Below, piece by piece: positions 59,201 to 63,017 of a stretch of DNA of 63,017 bases (positions are counted from its first letter, which is position 1; each line of letters starts with the position of its first letter). The stretch is from an uncultured Peptococcaceae bacterium (GTDB lineage Bacteria > Bacillota > Dehalobacteriia > UBA4068), in NCBI GenBank assembly GCA_949289995.1, contig CASEQE010000046.1:1-63017 (forward strand). Direction: 5' to 3'. Position numbers and translations under genes: made by a program. A model generated the notes under the pieces. That model searched no databases and was not told the origin of the DNA. It saw only the letters and a program-made list of their open reading frames with translations.

Positions 59201-60443
59201 CGGCGAAAAACGACGTATCCGCCGCCACCGTGTAGCCGCCTTCGCCGTCCGCTACGGGAACGAAACCAGGGGCGCAATATGCTGCCAGAATGGCTTGGGC
59301 AAAATGACCGCCTTTGATACCGGTAACCGCCGGTTGGGGCAGGCCGTCAGCCACTGCTTCCGCCGTATCCCGGCCGTTCCAATAGTTGTATTCCAAAGAA
59401 ACGGTGGGGTTGCCGTTTATCGCTCCCGCTTTGATCAATTGGCCTTCATCGTCGCCGGAATCGAGGATGATATTATTCTCGATCACCAGGGAATCCATTT
59501 CCGTATCCCCCAGGCGAATCGCCCGGTCCTCGGCGTTTTCGATGATGTTTTCGCCAATATATACGTCGCCGCTTAGGGGATTGCTCCGGCTGCTTTGCAA
59601 GGCGATGGCATTATGGGTGGTGCCTTGGAATAGGCAGCCGCTAATGGAGGGATCCACGGCGCCCTGGATGTATATCCCTTGGAAATAGTTGGTAAAGGTG
59701 CAGCCGCTGAAACGGATGTTGGCAAACGTTTTTTCGTCGGCCTTCATTCCTACGGCGCAAAAAGTGGAGTCCTGTATACGGTTTACATCGCCTAAAAAGC
59801 GGCAATCCACAAAAAGAATATCCTGGGTAGAGGCGTTTACGCTGTAATCATTGATAGATATGCCGCCGGCGATTTGCAATCCCTGGAAAACAATCTTTTC
59901 CAGCTGGGAGCTGGCATAATAGCTGTGGTTGGTGCTTTCGGTAGAGGTTTCCCGCACATAATCCACGGCAGGATCATCTGTTGCGCCGTACATATGGCCG
60001 GACGAGGCGGTAAAGCCGGGCAAAACCACCCCTTCTTCGGCGATGAAAACCACGCCTTTTACCTGCCGCAGGTATTGATAAATAGCCGTATCCTGTAGCT
60101 GGTTATATGCGATTTCCTTCGTCCAGTTGTTGGAAAAATATTGGCTGTTGCTGCCGGAAAATTTGTTAACCCTGCCCAGGATCAGCTGTTCCGTATACTC
60201 TCCTCGGGCAAAGCAAATGGTTTTGCCGTTGATGGAGCCGTAAGCCCCGTCCAAAGTATATTGGGCGTTTTCCGGCGTAACCGTCCATACGTCGCCGGCT
60301 TTTTCCGGCTCCTGAGGCAAGGTTTCGTCAAAATAGCCCCTGGTATCCCGGGTATCCGGGTTTACCGTTGCCAAGGCCGTTATGGACAGGCAGCACAGGG
60401 CTAGGCACAAGGCCAGGCCAATGGCTAAAAACTGTTTTTTCAT
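56253..60443 (-). CDS. Secreted surface protein: beta-helix and GLUG-like repeats, three C-terminal SLH domains
   Basis: Signal peptide; many VGGIVG/GGIAG repeats; FADV..AWY, FSPN..ISRGM, ITREQLAAILYRY, ATRAQAA SLH motifs. Confidence 0.88.
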   Translation of the reverse strand: MKKQFLAIGLALCLALCCLSITALATVNPDTRDTRGYFDETLPQEPEKAGDVWTVTPENAQYTLDGAYGSINGKTICFARGEYTEQLILGRVNKFSGSNSQYFSNNWTKEIAYNQLQDTAIYQYLRQVKGVVFIAEEGVVLPGFTASSGHMYGATDDPAVDYVRETSTESTNHSYYASSQLEKIVFQGLQIAGGISINDYSVNASTQDILFVDCRFLGDVNRIQDSTFCAVGMKADEKTFANIRFSGCTFTNYFQGIYIQGAVDPSISGCLFQGTTHNAIALQSSRSNPLSGDVYIGENIIENAEDRAIRLGDTEMDSLVIENNIILDSGDDEGQLIKAGAINGNPTVSLEYNYWNGRDTAEAVADGLPQPAVTGIKGGHFAQAILAAYCAPGFVPVADGEGGYTVAADTSFFAGGSGSANDPYRIADVTQLAAFRDSVNRGVTYAGLHIRLEAADYNLSGQEWTPIGDGARNGKTYSGAAFQGTFDGNNQTISQLTITADAANVNDAIGLFGVVDGGAVKNLHLSQVNIQVANGQCVGGAIGLMVNGAQANAISVSGAISAARGNGGIAGRLIADGAIIDCINEAKITGTSASGNVGGIVGAAYYSENGADMRISGCENHGEILGVTVVGGIVGLSAADVSQCLNSAAVKGAGFSVGGIAGEQQNVGSITDCENQADIVNDSNAYGTGGIVGWVRYSGSESDYPRKEIIQVSNNRNLGAIQGGNDGGGIIGTVYNAIMVTGNENAAAAISGATFAAGIAGNLQFTETAIGDIPQHDITIFNNVSSTRWENISVNGSCKDLYVYHNAATQGKNHIQDNTPAWQGQLEDQKYASLATAVKTAQPGQTVIMLNDVEADVWQMIWNVQGIVLDGKNHTLKVNAIESKENHDAVFHSNGDNLFQNLIVDLSAIDKESAAQGFRAFNAAGGDRFVHVKIIGSNHVSYGIFAGGSDNEEETVSIYDCQFENCQYAIGSEPIANSGGKSKLENLIVSQCQFSGCNYVAILYPQHTEFTENTVSGGKLNIMHPTQTISGNTFSQGSRIKFYDAPQVFSQNNISPDSYLEIVSGISPVNVAKNYWGGGQPNQTQIPDEIRDLTSGSDEYYTQPSMRPSDLNTYVPPQRDDSSSDYRGDIVWVTHMEHGKITASPQRAEAGETITLTVKADQGYALEEISVCDKNGDELKLSNQGDGVYTFRMPDGQATVKAGFVPTAAENASPFADVAENAWYAPAVRFVYENGLMNGTGNASFSPNLAISRGMIVTILYRLEGQPGITAACPFTDVAQGSYYQPAIIWANQNHIVEGYGGGLFGPGDSITREQLAAILYRYAQYKAYDVSQGGMAIREFADYEAISSWAVESMAWAVNAGLISGMGDGTLNPQGYATRAQAAQILMHFCQNIVK

Positions 60444-60829
60444 GCACATTTCCTCCTTTGTTGCAAAAGCGCGTTTGTCAAATTGCCGGTTTAAGCTTAT
60501 ACAAAAGCCGTTGCTGGACTAAGCGAAACCGTGAACGCAAACAAAAGCTTATGCGGATTTAGTTAAACTATATCATGAAGGCGTAATGGGTGACAATCGT
60601 TTGCGGTTAAAAAAACAGAAAAATTTAGTGAAGAAAAGTGAAAAATTGAAAAACGCATCTTATCATTAATTGCTATTATTAATATTGATTTTGTAGGCAA
60701 AATATGGTATAAATATAGATATAATACGGCGTTTTGGCGTTATAAATTTCAGTATCGCGTCAACGACCAATGCCGCCATATGATACGCTGCCTTGGAACC
60801 AAGGCGGATAAAACAGAGGAGGAATGACC

Positions 60830-63017
60830 ATGGCTTTTGGACGAAAAACTTTGCTCGGCACGGCGCTGGTTTTGGCGTTGTTGCTGACGGTATTGTCCAC
60901 GGCGGTATTTGCCGCCGACGCCAATCCCTTTTCCGATGTAAAAGAAACGGATTGGTATTATGATGCAGTGCAGTATGTAAACAATCAAGGTTTGATGCAA
61001 GGCACCGGCAGCGGCATTTTTAGCCCCAATTTGGCCACTTCCCGGGGGATGATCGTAGCCATTCTCTACCGGTTAGACGGCGCTACGGTTGCTACCGACG
61101 ATTGTCCTTTTGCCGACGTGGCGGCGGGCAGTTATTACCGGCAGGCCGTAATCTGGGCCTATCAAAACCGCATTGTGGAAGGGTATAGCAACGATGCTTT
61201 CGGTCCCGACGACGCGATTACCCGGGAACAATTGGCGGCGATTCTCTATCGCTATATGCAATATCGGGGTATGGACGCGGTTACCACCGAAGAAAACCTT
61301 TCCGGCTTTGCCGACGCCGGCGCCATTTCCCAATATGCGGTATCGGCTTTGAATTGGGCCGTGGGTCAAGGACTGATCGGCGGCATGGGCGACGGCAACC
61401 TCAATCCCCAAGGTTATGCCCTGCGGGGACAGGTAGCCTTGATTCTGCAGCGGCTGCAGGATTTGTTGCCGGAGGAAGCCGTTAGCGAATACACGGTTAT
61501 TTTTGATCTAAACTACGACGACGGCGGTATATATAAGAAAGTAACGGTGCAGGCCGGGGAAACCGTATCCGCCCCTGCCGAGCCGAAACGGGAAGATTAT
61601 AACTTCCGCGGCTGGTATACCAAAACTTCCGGCGGCGTCAAATTTGATTTCGATGACGGCATTACCGCCGATATCACCCTGTACGCCCATTGGAGCAAAA
61701 CTGGTAGTTCCGGCGGTTCCGGTAGTTCCGGCGGCCATATCCATAATTTCGTTGGCGAAGTCACCACGGAAGCCACCTGTACGGAAGACGGCGTAAGAAC
61801 CTATACCTGCTCCATTTGCGGCATATCTTATGAGCAGCCAATCCCGTCCTTGGGCCATGATTACGGCGATTTCCATTGGGACGGCGTGCAGGAAGACAGC
61901 ACCCATAGCCGCAGCTGCTCTCGCTGCGACGCGACGCAACAGCAAGCCTGCGTATTTACGGATACCCCCACCGTGATTACCGTCGACGGCGGGGAGCTTA
62001 ACGCCACCATACATACCTGCGACGTTTGCGGCTATACGTATACTACCTTAGACGATCCGCTTACCGACGTCATTGCCGTGGTGGACGGCATGGGCTATGG
62101 TAACCTGGAGGACGCCTTCACTGCGGCCGTTGCCGGCGGCAAGCTGGTTACCTTGGTTAGCGATGTGCCGGTAGGGGCGAAGCTGACGGTTCCCGCCGGT
62201 ATCACTTTGGACGGCGGCGGCTACACGCTGCAGGCGAACAATAGCTCATGGGATACCACGAACAATGGCAAACATTTGCTGTCGGTGGAAGGGGCTAGCG
62301 AAGCCACCGTGGTGAAAAACCTGGTTTTGGACAACAATAACCAGGCCCAAGGCATGTTGGCGTATGAAAGCGAAAACGTAACTTTGGAGCAGATTACCAT
62401 CAAAAATAGCAAAGGCATTGGCCTGACGGTGAACGACTCCCAGGTAACCGCCAGCGGCCTGCAAATTGCCGGCAGCCGAACCGGCAGCGTTAATGTGGAT
62501 AAAGGCGACGCCCACTTCACCCTGATCAGCGGCAATCTGGCCGATCCGCTGCAGATTTGGAGCGAATTGCAAGATTTAGATGCGGTAGAGGCGGCAGGTT
62601 ATCATGCCTATGACGTCCCGGGCTTTTATATCTGGTCCCAGGCAACCGTTGATCAGATATTGGCCCAGACCGGGCTGCCTATTACGCAACTCACCCTGTT
62701 AACCGATCAAACGGTGGATGAGGATTTGACGGTGCCGGATGGCGTGAAGTTGATTGTGGCCGACGGCGTAGAGCTGACGGTAAACGGCGATATTAGCGGT
62801 AAAATTTACGATAAAACAGATGCGCAACTGATCTTTTCCGCCGGCCAATTGCGGGAATTTGCCGCTGCAGTCAATCAAGCGGACAAATCCTATCAGGGCA
62901 AAACCGTGCGGTTGATGGCGGATATCGATTTAAGCGGCCAGGACTGGACGCCATTGAATGGTTGGGACGGCAATCTGAACCAATGGCATTTGGATGGCAA
63001 CGACCACACCATTAGCG
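60830..63017 (+). CDS. Secreted protein with three N-terminal SLH domains, an InlB-B-like repeat, Cys/His repeats and a beta-helix/GLUG-like region (3'-partial; not in the ORF track)
   Basis: GAGGAGG RBS; MAFGRKTLLGTALVLALLLTVLSTAVFAA-DANPFSDVKETDWYYDAV; PKREDYNFRGWY; ATCTEDGVRTYTCSICG; frame appears open to the window end. Confidence 0.85.
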   Translation, partial: MAFGRKTLLGTALVLALLLTVLSTAVFAADANPFSDVKETDWYYDAVQYVNNQGLMQGTGSGIFSPNLATSRGMIVAILYRLDGATVATDDCPFADVAAGSYYRQAVIWAYQNRIVEGYSNDAFGPDDAITREQLAAILYRYMQYRGMDAVTTEENLSGFADAGAISQYAVSALNWAVGQGLIGGMGDGNLNPQGYALRGQVALILQRLQDLLPEEAVSEYTVIFDLNYDDGGIYKKVTVQAGETVSAPAEPKREDYNFRGWYTKTSGGVKFDFDDGITADITLYAHWSKTGSSGGSGSSGGHIHNFVGEVTTEATCTEDGVRTYTCSICGISYEQPIPSLGHDYGDFHWDGVQEDSTHSRSCSRCDATQQQACVFTDTPTVITVDGGELNATIHTCDVCGYTYTTLDDPLTDVIAVVDGMGYGNLEDAFTAAVAGGKLVTLVSDVPVGAKLTVPAGITLDGGGYTLQANNSSWDTTNNGKHLLSVEGASEATVVKNLVLDNNNQAQGMLAYESENVTLEQITIKNSKGIGLTVNDSQVTASGLQIAGSRTGSVNVDKGDAHFTLISGNLADPLQIWSELQDLDAVEAAGYHAYDVPGFYIWSQATVDQILAQTGLPITQLTLLTDQTVDEDLTVPDGVKLIVADGVELTVNGDISGKIYDKTDAQLIFSAGQLREFAAAVNQADKSYQGKTVRLMADIDLSGQDWTPLNGWDGNLNQWHLDGNDHTIS

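Noticed and set aside
60450-60829. c-di-GMP riboswitch between the SLH genes
   Set aside because: GAAA and GCAAA fragments are present but the paired stems could not be built; only a GCCTTGG-AA-CCAAGGC palindrome (60790-60805) is clear

Overview
About 63 kb of chromosome from a Bacillota (Clostridia-like) bacterium; the taxon is inferred from gene content (SLH proteins, sigmaA-type promoters). The left part is housekeeping: an IS3 end, fba, ABC-F, prfA, murI, recF, dnaN, recG, purB, tsaBE, leuS, parAB, pyrG and a GATase-less guaA. It also holds what looks like the replication origin (DnaA boxes, GC clamp and DnaA-trios upstream of dnaN) but with no dnaA gene. The middle has an envelope module: YtrA-type GntR, ABC transporter, ECF sigma factor, and a 1729-aa membrane-anchored alpha-2-macroglobulin-like protein with anti-sigma topology and no thioester. 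A molbindin, a large surface protein, xdhABC and hemW follow. The right part is a complete shikimate/Phe/Tyr operon, preceded by an unannotated Phe/Tyr-rich leader peptide and terminator, and then two divergent SLH surface-protein genes. Best leads: (1) ECF plus A2M-like anti-sigma as a possible protease-sensing switch; (2) a ribosome-dependent Phe/Tyr attenuator; (3) an oriC uncoupled from dnaA; (4) an unannotated csRNA-like sRNA between leuS and parB; (5) a DUF1385 protein with three tandem-repeat arrays. All calls are by eye; no searches were run.
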